Made by a program: the position numbers and the translations under genes | Assembly: GCA_948443805.1 (NCBI GenBank) | Contig: CAOJUB010000005.1 | Location: forward strand, 8,393-72,392 | DNA length: 64,000 bases | Source: an uncultured Clostridia bacterium | Lineage (GTDB): Bacteria; Bacillota; Clostridia; Oscillospirales; UBA644 | Direction: 5' to 3' | Notes under the pieces: generated by a model | Databases searched by the model: none | What the model saw: only the letters and a program-made list of their open reading frames with translations | Told to the model about the DNA's origin: nothing | Shown: piece after piece, positions 9,189-17,655 of the stretch | Layout: every line of letters starts with the position of its first letter | Position numbering within the stretch: position 1 is the stretch's first letter

Positions 9189-10435
9189 GATATGTAATTA
9201 TCGGAAATTCCGCCGCGGGGATCGGCTGTGCGGAAGGGATCAGAAAAACGGATAAGGACGGGGAAATTATTCTTTTTTCCAAAGAAAAACAGCATACCTA
9301 TTCGCGTCCGCTGATTTCCTATTGGCTGGAGGGGAAGACTTCGCTGGAAAAAATGAAATACCGGCCGGATCATTTTTATAAAAAAAATAAAATTGTTTTT
9401 CGCCCTTCGACAGAGGTCGTTTCGATTGATCCCGTCGGGAAAACGGTCCGGATCCAAAAAGGGGAAAGCGTTTCTTACGATAAGCTGATGATCGCTTCCG
9501 GTTCCAAACCCTTTCTTCCGCCGATGCCGGGGATTGAAAAGGTAAAAAAACGTTTTTCCTTTATGTCTCTTGACGATGCGGTGCAGCTGGAAAAACAGCT
9601 GACGCCCGAAAGCCGGGTTCTGATTGTCGGCGCCGGTTTGATCGGCCTGAAGTGTGCGGAGGGAATTCGTAGCCGGGTCGGGAAAATAACGGTTGTCGAT
9701 CTTGCCGACCGGGTTTTGCCGAGTATCCTGGACGAAAAAGCGTCGGCGATGATCCGGAAGCATTTGAAGGCAAACGGGATCGATTTGATCCTTTCCGACA
9801 GCGTTGCTTCCTTTACGGCGAAAACGGCGGCGCTGAAAAGCGGAAAAGAAATCCGGTTTGACCTTCTGGTAACCGCCGTCGGCGTCCGGCCGAATACCGA
9901 GCAGGCGGCGCAGGCTGGGCTTGCCGTAAAAAAAGGTATTGTGACCGATCTGCATATGCGGACGTCCGATCCTTCCATTTATGCTGCCGGAGACTGTACG
10001 GAAAGTCAGGATGTGTCGAGCGGAACGCAGCGGATTCTGGCTCTTCTTCCCAATGCGTATATGCAGGGGGAGTGCGCCGGTATCAACATGGCGGGCGGGA
10101 ACTCTGTGTTTGATAAGGCGATCCCGATGAACTCGATGGGGCTTTTCGGCCTGCATATGGTAACGGCCGGAACTTATGAAGGCGAATGTTACCGGAAAAA
10201 AACCGAGGACAGTTATAAATGTCTTTATTATAAAGAGAACGTTCTAAAAGGGTTTATCCTGATCGGCGATATCGGCGCCGCCGGTATTTACACCTCAATG
10301 ATTCGGGAACAAACGCCTCTTGACAGCGTTGATTTTGATCTTCTGAAAAAGAATCCCCGGCTGATTGCCTTTTCCAAAGACGAGCGGGAACAGAAAATCA
10401 ATACCCGGTTTTACCGTGAGCCTGTAAAGGGATAG
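9185..10435 (+). CDS. FAD/NAD(P)-dependent pyridine nucleotide-disulfide family oxidoreductase (putative electron-input subunit of the glutamate synthase cluster)
   Basis: Two Rossmann dinucleotide motifs (VIIGNSAAGIG and VLIVGAGLIGLKCAEG) and the ..YAAGDC.. FAD motif. ATGA start/stop overlap with the ferredoxin gene. Confidence 0.8.
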   Translation: MRYVIIGNSAAGIGCAEGIRKTDKDGEIILFSKEKQHTYSRPLISYWLEGKTSLEKMKYRPDHFYKKNKIVFRPSTEVVSIDPVGKTVRIQKGESVSYDKLMIASGSKPFLPPMPGIEKVKKRFSFMSLDDAVQLEKQLTPESRVLIVGAGLIGLKCAEGIRSRVGKITVVDLADRVLPSILDEKASAMIRKHLKANGIDLILSDSVASFTAKTAALKSGKEIRFDLLVTAVGVRPNTEQAAQAGLAVKKGIVTDLHMRTSDPSIYAAGDCTESQDVSSGTQRILALLPNAYMQGECAGINMAGGNSVFDKAIPMNSMGLFGLHMVTAGTYEGECYRKKTEDSYKCLYYKENVLKGFILIGDIGAAGIYTSMIREQTPLDSVDFDLLKKNPRLIAFSKDEREQKINTRFYREPVKG

Positions 10436-10581
10436 ACCGGAACAGGAGGGACGAGACTGAAACGAAATCCCGGAACCGGGTGTTTTCCGTCTTGAAAGTG
10501 TGAAAGAAAAACTTTCATTCCGGCAGCACCGGAACTGTCACAACTTCTGTGTTTATAAGTAAGAAAGGAAAGGTCATAACA

Positions 10582-11304
10582 ATGAAAATTCATGCGTGTG
10601 ATTATACCGATTTTCGTGAACTGAATCAGGCTGTCGGCGAAAGCGCCGACGAAACGGTCGTGATCGACCGCTGCGTTGGACAGCGATATATCGGCTGCGG
10701 AATCAGCGGAAAAGAAATACAAATCACCGGAACGCCGGGAAATGCGCTGGGCGCGTATCTTGACGGAGGAACAATCCGTCTGAAAGGGAACGCGCAGGAC
10801 GCGACGGGCGATACGATGAATGACGGTAAAATTCTGATTGACGGCAACAGCGGCGATGCCGCCGGGTACGCTATGCGCGGCGGAAAGATTTTTATCCGGG
10901 GCGACGCGGGATACCGGGCAGGCATCCATATGAAAGCTTATGAAGATAAAATTCCGGTTCTTGTTATTGGCGGAAAGGCCGGCAGTTTTCTCGGCGAATA
11001 TCAGGCGGGCGGCGTGATTATTGTTCTTGGCCTCGGGGCGGAAAAAACGCCGGTTGGCAATTTCTGCGGCACAGGAATGCACGGCGGAAAAATTTTCATC
11101 CGCTGCAAAAGACTGCCTCATGATCTTCCGCCTCAGGTAAAGGCGCGGCGCGCATCGGCAGAGGATCTGTCATCGATTGAGGGAATTTTATCGGAATTCT
11201 GCAAAGAGTTTTCTGTCAGCAAAAAAGAATTGGAAAACGAACATTTTTATTTGCTGACGCCGGACAGCGCCAATCCCTATAAACAGCTTTATGTCACAAA
11301 TTGA
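10582..11304 (+). CDS. GXGXG-motif protein (GltB C-terminal domain-like)
   Basis: Start at the ATG at 10582 (SD AAGGAAAGG). It carries repetitive beta-helix GXGXG repeats (..GTPGNALGAYLDGGTIRLKGNAQDATGDTMNDGKILIDGNSGDAAGYAMRGGKIFIRGDAGYRAG..). Confidence 0.75.
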   Translation: MKIHACDYTDFRELNQAVGESADETVVIDRCVGQRYIGCGISGKEIQITGTPGNALGAYLDGGTIRLKGNAQDATGDTMNDGKILIDGNSGDAAGYAMRGGKIFIRGDAGYRAGIHMKAYEDKIPVLVIGGKAGSFLGEYQAGGVIIVLGLGAEKTPVGNFCGTGMHGGKIFIRCKRLPHDLPPQVKARRASAEDLSSIEGILSEFCKEFSVSKKELENEHFYLLTPDSANPYKQLYVTN

Positions 11305-11558
11305 AAATAGAAAAAGAAAGAAAGAGTAAAAATGTGTGGGAAAACCGCCGGACAGCAATCTTGCGTTCGGCGGCTTTCCGTTTTTTATCGGGAATCTTTG
11401 AAAAAAGGAGGGGAAAACTACCGAAAGAAAGAATCAAAAGAAGGGGCGTTTTTTCGGCAGTTTTCCGGTACGTTTTATTTGTAATGGCCGGTCTGCCGGA
11501 AAGGCAGCGCTTTGCCAAGGAAAAAAACGGCATTTTTTTGAAATTTTGTTCTTTCCTG

Positions 11559-11609
11559 TTGACAAAATACCCTTTGGGGGTATATAATATGAATACCGGG
11601 GGTGGGTAT
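11559..11609 (+). promoter_or_regulatory. csoR-copA promoter with two CsoR-type GC-tract inverted repeats
   Basis: TTGACA (11559-11564), 18 nt, TATAAT (11583-11588). ATACCCTTTGGGGGTAT (11567-11583) overlaps the spacer and -10 box. ATACCGGGGGTGGGTAT (11593-11609) lies just downstream. Confidence 0.65.
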
Positions 11610-11663
11610 ACTCTGTGTTTTGCCGCCGGAGAGTTTTAGAAAAAAGTCGGGGGGGAACCGGAT

Positions 11664-11963
11664 ATGGAAAAGGAATGCTGTTCCCATAAAACAAAGGAAC
11701 GCCCTTTGCAGGAATATAAAAATCTGATACACCGTCTCAACCGGATCGAAGGGCAGATCCGCGGAATCCGCGGCATGGTGGAGAAAAATGCCTACTGCAC
11801 GGATATTCTGATCCAGATTGCCGCCGCTAACGCCGCGCTGAACGCTTTTACAAAAGAATTGTTGGCCGATCATATTAAAACGTGTGTGGCGCAGGATATT
11901 CGGAACGGAAAAGACGAAACGGTTGATGAACTGGTGGCAACGCTTCAGAAACTGATGAAATAA
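11664..11963 (+). CDS. csoR: CsoR-family copper-sensing transcriptional repressor
   Basis: 99 aa with a characteristic core (..RLNRIEGQIRGIRGMVE..YCTDILIQI.A...AL......LL.DHIKTCV..) carrying the Cys/His/Cys metal ligands. It sits immediately upstream of copA. Confidence 0.85.
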   Translation: MEKECCSHKTKERPLQEYKNLIHRLNRIEGQIRGIRGMVEKNAYCTDILIQIAAANAALNAFTKELLADHIKTCVAQDIRNGKDETVDELVATLQKLMK

Positions 11964-12012
11964 ATTTTGAATAAGATCAAAAACGCTGTTTTCAGTGGCT
12001 TGGGGGTGTTTT

Positions 12013-14526
12013 ATGAAACAATATACGGTTACGGGGATGACTTGCGCCGCCTGTAGCGCCAGAGTCGAAAAAGAGGTCGGCAAAGTTCCCGGCGTAACGG
12101 CCTGTTCGGTCAGCCTGTTGACAAATTCTATGGGCGTGGAGGGGACGGCTTCTGCGGAATCGATTATCGCCGCGGTGGAACATGCCGGATACGGCGCTTC
12201 GGAAAAAGATATTTTGCCGGAAAAGGATACGGGGAAAGAGAGAACGGATTCTCTTGCTGATACTGAAACGCCCCGGTTGAAACATCGGCTGCTGGCTTCG
12301 GCCGGATTTCTTGCCGTGCTGATGTATGTTTCGATGGGGCATACGATGTGGGGCTGGCCGCTGCCTTCGTTTTTTGCGGGAAATCCGGTTGCCATCGGGC
12401 TTTTGCAATTGCTGTTAACGGTGGCGGTGATGGGCATTAACCGTCAGTTTTTTACACGCGGTTTTTCCAGTCTTGTCCGCCGTTCGCCCAATATGGATAC
12501 CCTGATTGCATTGGGCGCTTCGGCGGCGTTTGGCTACAGCACCTACGCGTTATTTGCTATGACCGGCGCGCAGGCTGCCGGGGCGGCCGGGACGGCGATG
12601 GAATATCTGCATGATCTCTATTTTGAGTCCGCAGCGATGATCCTTGTGCTGATTACGGTTGGAAAACTGCTGGAAGCCCGTTCAAAAGGCCGGACGACCG
12701 ACGCGCTTCGTTCGCTGATGGATCTGGCGCCCAAAACGGCAACGGTTATCCGGGAGGAAAAGGAAGTCACGGTTCCTGCGGAAACGGTTCGGAAAGGCGA
12801 TATCTTTCTGGTCCGGCCGGGCGAAAATATCCCGGTAGACGGCGTTGTTCTTGAGGGAATTTCTTCTGTCAATGAATCTTCCTTGACAGGGGAGAGCATT
12901 CCGGTTGATAAAGCGGCGGGAGACAGCGTTTCTGCCGCAACGATCAACCAGTCGGGCTTTCTTCGCTGCGAAGCCGTCCGGGTAGGGGAGGACACGGCGC
13001 TGTCTCAGATTATTCGTATGGTCAGCGATGCGGCGGCGACCAAAGCGCCGATTGCGAAAATTGCCGACCGCGTTTCCGGTATTTTTGTCCCCGCCGTTAT
13101 TTTGATTGCGCTGGTCAGCACCATTGTTTGGATGTGCTGCGGTCAGTCTTTCGGTTTTGCTCTGGCCCGGGGTATTTCAGTTCTTGTCATCAGCTGTCCC
13201 TGTGCGCTGGGGCTGGCAACGCCGGTTGCCATCATGGTCGGCAATGGCGTCGGCGCGAAACAGGGCATTCTTTTTAAAACGGCCGTATCGCTGGAAGAAA
13301 GCGGCCGGGTGCAGATTATTGCCCTGGATAAAACCGGTACGATTACCAAAGGTGAACCGACGGCGACTGATTTTTATCCTGTCGGAGAATTTTCGGAAGA
13401 AGAACTTCTCGCGGCGGCAGCTTCTTTGGAGAGAAAAAGCGAACATCCGCTTGCCAAAGCGGTTTTGCAGGAGGCGGAGAAGCGGGGAACGGCTCTTTTT
13501 GACGTATCTGATTTCCGTATTCTGGCCGGAAGCGGTCTTCTTGCGAAGGTCGGAGAAGAAGAGCTTGCGGGAGGAAATCTGAAATTTATGGAAACGCAGG
13601 TTTCTGTCCCCGAAACGGTAAAAATGGCGGCAAAGCGGTTAGCGGAAGACGGAAAAACGCCGTTGTTTTTCAGCCGGGGCGGCCGTTTGCTCGGTATGAT
13701 CGGCGTAGCCGATGTAATAAAGGAAGACAGTCCGGAAGCGGTTCGGGAACTGAAAGCGCTGGGGCTTCGCGTTGTCATGCTGACCGGAGATAATGAGAAA
13801 ACCGCGGCGGCGATCGGAAAACAGGCCGGAATTGACGAAGTGGTTGCCGGTGTGCTTCCCGACGGGAAGGAAAGCGTGATCCGTTCGTTAAAAGAGCAGG
13901 GAAAAGTAGCAATGGTCGGCGACGGAATTAATGACGCGCCGGCTCTGACAAGCGCCGACGTGGGGATTGCGATCGGCGCAGGAACCGATATTGCGATTGA
14001 TGCCGCCGATGTGGTTCTGATGAAAAGCCGGCTGTCCGATGTTCCGGCGGCTATCCGTCTCAGCCGGGCGACGCTTCGGAATATTCACGAAAACTTATTC
14101 TGGGCGTTTTTTTATAATACTGTTGGGATTCCTCTTGCCGCTGGCGCCTTGATTCCTTTGCTCGGCTGGCAACTGAATCCGATGTTCGGCGCGGCGGCAA
14201 TGAGTCTTTCGAGTTTTTGTGTGGTAACCAATGCGCTGCGGCTGAATTTCTTTCGGGTACGTCCCCGTGAAAAAGGGGCACAGATAAAAAGATCAAAGAA
14301 AAAGGAGAAAAAAATGATGAAAAAAACAATGAAAATCAAAGGAATGATGTGCGGACACTGCCAGGCAAGAGTCCAGAAAGCGCTGGAGGAATTGCCGCAG
14401 GTTGAATCGGCTGACGTCAGCCATGAAAAAGGGACTGCCGCTGTTGTTCTTGCTGCTCCGGTTTCGGACGATGTTCTGACAAAGGCCATCGCCGATCAGG
14501 GCTATACGGTTCTTGGCATTGAATAA
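12013..14526 (+). CDS. copA: Copper-translocating P1B-type ATPase with an N-terminal HMA domain and an additional C-terminal HMA (CopZ-like) domain
   Basis: Start at the ATG at 12013 (SD GGGGGTG). Motifs seen: [16 protein letters not shown] (..[11 protein letters not shown]..), [17 protein letters not shown]. The C-terminal 70 aa ([20 protein letters not shown]..) form a second heavy-metal-associated domain in frame. Confidence 0.9.
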   Translation: MKQYTVTGMTCAACSARVEKEVGKVPGVTACSVSLLTNSMGVEGTASAESIIAAVEHAGYGASEKDILPEKDTGKERTDSLADTETPRLKHRLLASAGFLAVLMYVSMGHTMWGWPLPSFFAGNPVAIGLLQLLLTVAVMGINRQFFTRGFSSLVRRSPNMDTLIALGASAAFGYSTYALFAMTGAQAAGAAGTAMEYLHDLYFESAAMILVLITVGKLLEARSKGRTTDALRSLMDLAPKTATVIREEKEVTVPAETVRKGDIFLVRPGENIPVDGVVLEGISSVNESSLTGESIPVDKAAGDSVSAATINQSGFLRCEAVRVGEDTALSQIIRMVSDAAATKAPIAKIADRVSGIFVPAVILIALVSTIVWMCCGQSFGFALARGISVLVISCPCALGLATPVAIMVGNGVGAKQGILFKTAVSLEESGRVQIIALDKTGTITKGEPTATDFYPVGEFSEEELLAAAASLERKSEHPLAKAVLQEAEKRGTALFDVSDFRILAGSGLLAKVGEEELAGGNLKFMETQVSVPETVKMAAKRLAEDGKTPLFFSRGGRLLGMIGVADVIKEDSPEAVRELKALGLRVVMLTGDNEKTAAAIGKQAGIDEVVAGVLPDGKESVIRSLKEQGKVAMVGDGINDAPALTSADVGIAIGAGTDIAIDAADVVLMKSRLSDVPAAIRLSRATLRNIHENLFWAFFYNTVGIPLAAGALIPLLGWQLNPMFGAAAMSLSSFCVVTNALRLNFFRVRPREKGAQIKRSKKKEKKMMKKTMKIKGMMCGHCQARVQKALEELPQVESADVSHEKGTAAVVLAAPVSDDVLTKAIADQGYTVLGIE

Positions 14527-14544
14527 AAACAGGGGGAATTAAAA

Positions 14545-14847
14545 ATGGTCAGAGAAATAACCGCGGATAATTTTGAAAGCGAGGTTCTTGCCAGCAAAAA
14601 AACCGTATTGCTCGATTTTTTTGCCGACTGGTGCGCTCCCTGCCGTATGCTTTCTCCGGTTGTTGATGAGATTGCCGAAGAAAACGGAGAAATCCTTGTC
14701 GGAAAGGTCAATGTGGATGATCAGCCAACGCTGGCGCGGCAGTTTTCGGTTGAGAGCATTCCCACGCTTGTCGTCATAAAGAACGGAGAAGTTTTCCGGC
14801 GGTCGGTCGGCGCGATTCCGAAGGAAAAGATTCTGGAACTGCTTTGA
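14545..14847 (+). CDS. trxA: Thioredoxin
   Basis: 100 aa with active site ..FFADWCAPCRM.. and the conserved ..SIPTLVVIKNGE.. region. SD GGGGGAA precedes the ATG. Confidence 0.8.
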   Translation: MVREITADNFESEVLASKKTVLLDFFADWCAPCRMLSPVVDEIAEENGEILVGKVNVDDQPTLARQFSVESIPTLVVIKNGEVFRRSVGAIPKEKILELL

Positions 14848-14913
14848 TTTTGTTTGCAATGCCTGCTGTGCTATGCTTTTAGCGCAATACCTTCGGATCA
14901 TTGGGAGAATATC

Positions 14914-15666
14914 ATGATAAACAACGAGGATTTTTCTTTTGCCCTTCAGCGGGTACGGGAAACAGAATATGCACAGGGCGGAATCGGCCGTCTCGGTGAA
15001 AAAACGCTTCATGCAGCGCTGAAATATTATCTGGAACCGGATGAGAGCCGGCACGAGGTCAGGCTTGGACGGTATGTTGCCGATATTGTTAACGGAGACG
15101 GCGTGACAGAAATTCAGACCCGGAGTTTCAACGCGCTTCGTTCAAAACTGGCGGCGTTTCTGGAATATGCGCCGGTTACCGTTGTTTATCCGATTGCGCG
15201 GACAAAATGGCTGGTTTGGATCGACCCGGAGAACGGGGCGGCAACGAAAAAGCGGAAAAGCCCGAAAACCGGGACTTTTTACGATGTTTTTTTTGAGTTG
15301 TATAAAATAAAACCGTTTTTGAAAAATGAAAATTTCCGGCTGAAACTGCTGCTGATCGATCTGGTGGAATACCGGAATCTGAACGGCTGGAGTTCCGACC
15401 GGAAAAAAGGTTCCTCCCGGTATGAACGGATTCCCGAGGCGCTTGCAGGAGAACTGGAATTGTCTTCGTCCGGCGATTACCGTTCGCTTGTTCCTGGCAC
15501 CCTTGCGGCCGAATTTACTTCGGCGGATTTTTCAAAAGCGGCGAAGATCAGCCGTTCATCGGCGCAGACCGCGCTGCATATTCTTCATGAGATCGGCGTT
15601 GTGGTTCGCGTCGGGCGGAACGGCCGCGGATACCGTTATCAGCGAAACGGTTTCGGTTCGGCCTGA
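14914..15666 (+). CDS. Conserved hypothetical protein, possibly a PD-(D/E)XK nuclease-fold N-domain with a C-terminal winged-helix-like region
   Basis: Start at the ATG at 14914 (SD GGGAGA). ..ESRHEV..RYVADIV..GVTEIQTRS.. resembles a D..E-x-K/Q restriction-endonuclease-like core. The tail ..AAKISRSSAQTALHILHEIGVVVRVGRNGRGYRY.. looks wHTH-like. The function is not established. Confidence 0.45.
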   Translation: MINNEDFSFALQRVRETEYAQGGIGRLGEKTLHAALKYYLEPDESRHEVRLGRYVADIVNGDGVTEIQTRSFNALRSKLAAFLEYAPVTVVYPIARTKWLVWIDPENGAATKKRKSPKTGTFYDVFFELYKIKPFLKNENFRLKLLLIDLVEYRNLNGWSSDRKKGSSRYERIPEALAGELELSSSGDYRSLVPGTLAAEFTSADFSKAAKISRSSAQTALHILHEIGVVVRVGRNGRGYRYQRNGFGSA

Positions 15667-15695
15667 AATCTATTTTTGTAAAACATAAAAGACAT

Positions 15696-15727
15696 CCCCC
15701 TTTTCATATGATTTATCGAAAAGGGGG
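15696..15727 (+). terminator. Strong hairpin between the hypothetical gene and sigK; its 3' arm contains the sigK Shine-Dalgarno sequence
   Basis: CCCCCTTTTC (15696-15705) and GAAAAGGGGG (15718-15727) form a perfect 10-bp stem with a 12-nt loop, followed by AGTTTT and then the ATG at 15734. Confidence 0.55.
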
Positions 15728-15733
15728 AGTTTT

Positions 15734-16402
15734 ATGTTAGAAACCGCGTTTAATATCTTTTATTTGATTCTGCATGTGGTCAACCAGGGGTCGTTTCCCA
15801 AACCGCTTTCGGCGGAAGAGGAGAGACAATGCCTGCGGAGAATGCAGGAGGGCGATAAAGAGGCCCGAAACTTGTTGATTGAACGGAATCTCCGTCTGGT
15901 GGCGCATATTGTAAAAAAATACTATACTTCCTGTGATGAACAGGATGATCTGATCTCGATTGGAACGGTCGGGCTGATCAAGGCGATCGACAGCTTTAAA
16001 GGGGATAAAAAAGTCCGGATCGCCACCTATGCCGCCAAGTGTGTGGAGAATGAAATTTTGATGTATTTCCGTTCGAAGAAAAAAACGGCCAACGATGTTT
16101 CCATTAATGAACATATCGATGAGGATAAAGACGGAAACGCGCTGCTTCTTTCCGATATTATCGCTGATGACGAGAATATTCTGGATACCATTTACCGAAA
16201 AATCCGGGTGGAAACGCTGATGGCGGCAATCAATGAAAATCTAGACGAACGGGAACGGACGATCATTAATCTTCGGTACGGACTGACCGAGCCGGCGTTG
16301 ACGCAAAAGGAGACGGCAACCCGGCTCGGGATTTCACGGTCCTACGTTTCCCGGCTGGAGAAAAAGGCGCTGACCGTATTAAAAGAAAAAATTTCTCAGT
16401 GA
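15734..16402 (+). CDS. sigK: Sporulation sigma factor SigK (pro-sigma-K), uninterrupted
   Basis: 222 aa. It has a pro-sequence plus ..GSFPKPLSAEEE.., ..NLRLVAHIVKKY.., ..DLISIGTVGLIKAIDSF.., ..ATYAAKCVENEILMYFR.., ..GISRSYVSRLEKKAL.. These match the SigK rather than the SigE signature (VAHIVKK, FPxPLS). Confidence 0.78.
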   Translation: MLETAFNIFYLILHVVNQGSFPKPLSAEEERQCLRRMQEGDKEARNLLIERNLRLVAHIVKKYYTSCDEQDDLISIGTVGLIKAIDSFKGDKKVRIATYAAKCVENEILMYFRSKKKTANDVSINEHIDEDKDGNALLLSDIIADDENILDTIYRKIRVETLMAAINENLDERERTIINLRYGLTEPALTQKETATRLGISRSYVSRLEKKALTVLKEKISQ

Positions 16403-17607
16403 GCGTTTTCTTCTACCCGTTCGCCAATGGCATAGGGCAGGTTGCTCCATTTGGCGAGATAGCGGGCGATAACGACTGCTTCTGCGGATTCGAGAGTTCC
16501 GTTCCGGTTCAGGTCGCAGGCCTTTTCATCGATTGTAACGTTCCACTTGGCGAGAAAACGGGAAAGCAGCACCTTGTCTGTGGACGTGACTTTTCCGTTT
16601 CCATCGGCATCGCCGAGTATTTTGGCCTCCGGCAGTATCGGCGACGGATCGCCGGTCGTCCGGAAAGTTTTTGGTTCGCTCACATATTCTTTTCCGCCGT
16701 AGACAAAGAAAGTCTGGTAAACATAATCGGTTCCTCCATTCAGCCGGCAGCCGGCTTCTTTGAGGTCAAACGAGGCGTTTTCTGCGGCAGCGCCGGTTTG
16801 TTCGGCGTACCGCTTCATATTCTCTGCGTTTGTCCCGAGGTAAAAGCCGATTTCCGAGCACTGCACGCTGGTGTGGCTTTGCCAGAGAATGGCGTTGTCA
16901 TCGGTTATGCCGACGGCGCCTGTTCCGAAAAATTCAGGCGGTTTCGGCCGGCTGGTCTTCGGCTGCGGCACATAGGCCTGCGTCAGTTTGTGTTCGTGCA
17001 GCAGATGGTCGCTCAGGGATCGGTAACAAGAGTCTTCCGGGTAGTCCCCCGTGGGAATGGCGCTGATATCATTGATATCGTTTTTCGGATACATTTTGGA
17101 GAAAACATCAAGAACAACGAATCCCGATTCCTCTAACGAGTCATAAGGGCCGATATATCCGATCAGCAGAGAGGTATGCCCCAGTGTTTCCGAGCAGATG
17201 ACGATCGGTTTGCCTTTCATCAGGTTTTTGTAGAGGTTATCCAGCGAAAGATCTTTGATTTCAACCCAGTTATCCGGCGGAATACGGTTATAACCGTCAA
17301 CGAAACCGTTCGGGCCTGTTGCTTCTGTTTCCATCATGTCAAGCATCAGGTCGTAAATTGGCGTCTGCCAGGGATAATCTTGACCGAATTCATAGGTCAC
17401 GCCGCCGTAAGTTCCCCGCAGGTAGGCTTCCGCAGAAGCAAACGATGCAATCACGCAGCCATTGCTGCTTTGTTTGATCCGCGGGACTTCCAGAAGAACT
17501 TCCGGATAAATTTCTCTTTCAAAAAACGGTTTGGCGGAAATCCCGTTTCCGCAGAAAAGGACAAGAGCGAGAAAAACGGCTGCAAAAGAGAACCACTTTT
17601 TTTTCAT
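16396..17607 (-). CDS. Secreted dockerin-bearing papain-fold (C39/C10-like) cysteine-peptidase-domain protein, copy 1 (head type A, tail type 1)
   Basis: Signal peptide MKKKWFSFAAVFLALVLFCGNGISA. Head motifs: ..PRIKQSSNGCVIASFASAEAY.. (Gln/Cys), ..LGHTSLLIGY.. (His), ..FVVLDV... Then a Pro-rich linker, an unknown ~95-aa domain, and a dockerin (GDADGNGKVTSTDKVLLSRF.. / CDLNRNGTLESAEAVVIARY..). Confidence 0.7.
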   Translation of the reverse strand: MKKKWFSFAAVFLALVLFCGNGISAKPFFEREIYPEVLLEVPRIKQSSNGCVIASFASAEAYLRGTYGGVTYEFGQDYPWQTPIYDLMLDMMETEATGPNGFVDGYNRIPPDNWVEIKDLSLDNLYKNLMKGKPIVICSETLGHTSLLIGYIGPYDSLEESGFVVLDVFSKMYPKNDINDISAIPTGDYPEDSCYRSLSDHLLHEHKLTQAYVPQPKTSRPKPPEFFGTGAVGITDDNAILWQSHTSVQCSEIGFYLGTNAENMKRYAEQTGAAAENASFDLKEAGCRLNGGTDYVYQTFFVYGGKEYVSEPKTFRTTGDPSPILPEAKILGDADGNGKVTSTDKVLLSRFLAKWNVTIDEKACDLNRNGTLESAEAVVIARYLAKWSNLPYAIGERVEENAH

Positions 17608-17655
17608 GGGTCAATTCCTTTCTTTTGGGGCAGAGATTCTTATTCTGGGGAAAGC

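Noticed and set aside
11301-11639. ORFs at 11301-11639 (+), 11294-11533 (-), 11434-11694 (-) and 11475-12437 (-) in and around the gltS-csoR intergenic region.
   Set aside because: There are no SD sequences and the translations are low-complexity. The ORFs overlap the csoR promoter/operators and copA on the wrong strand.
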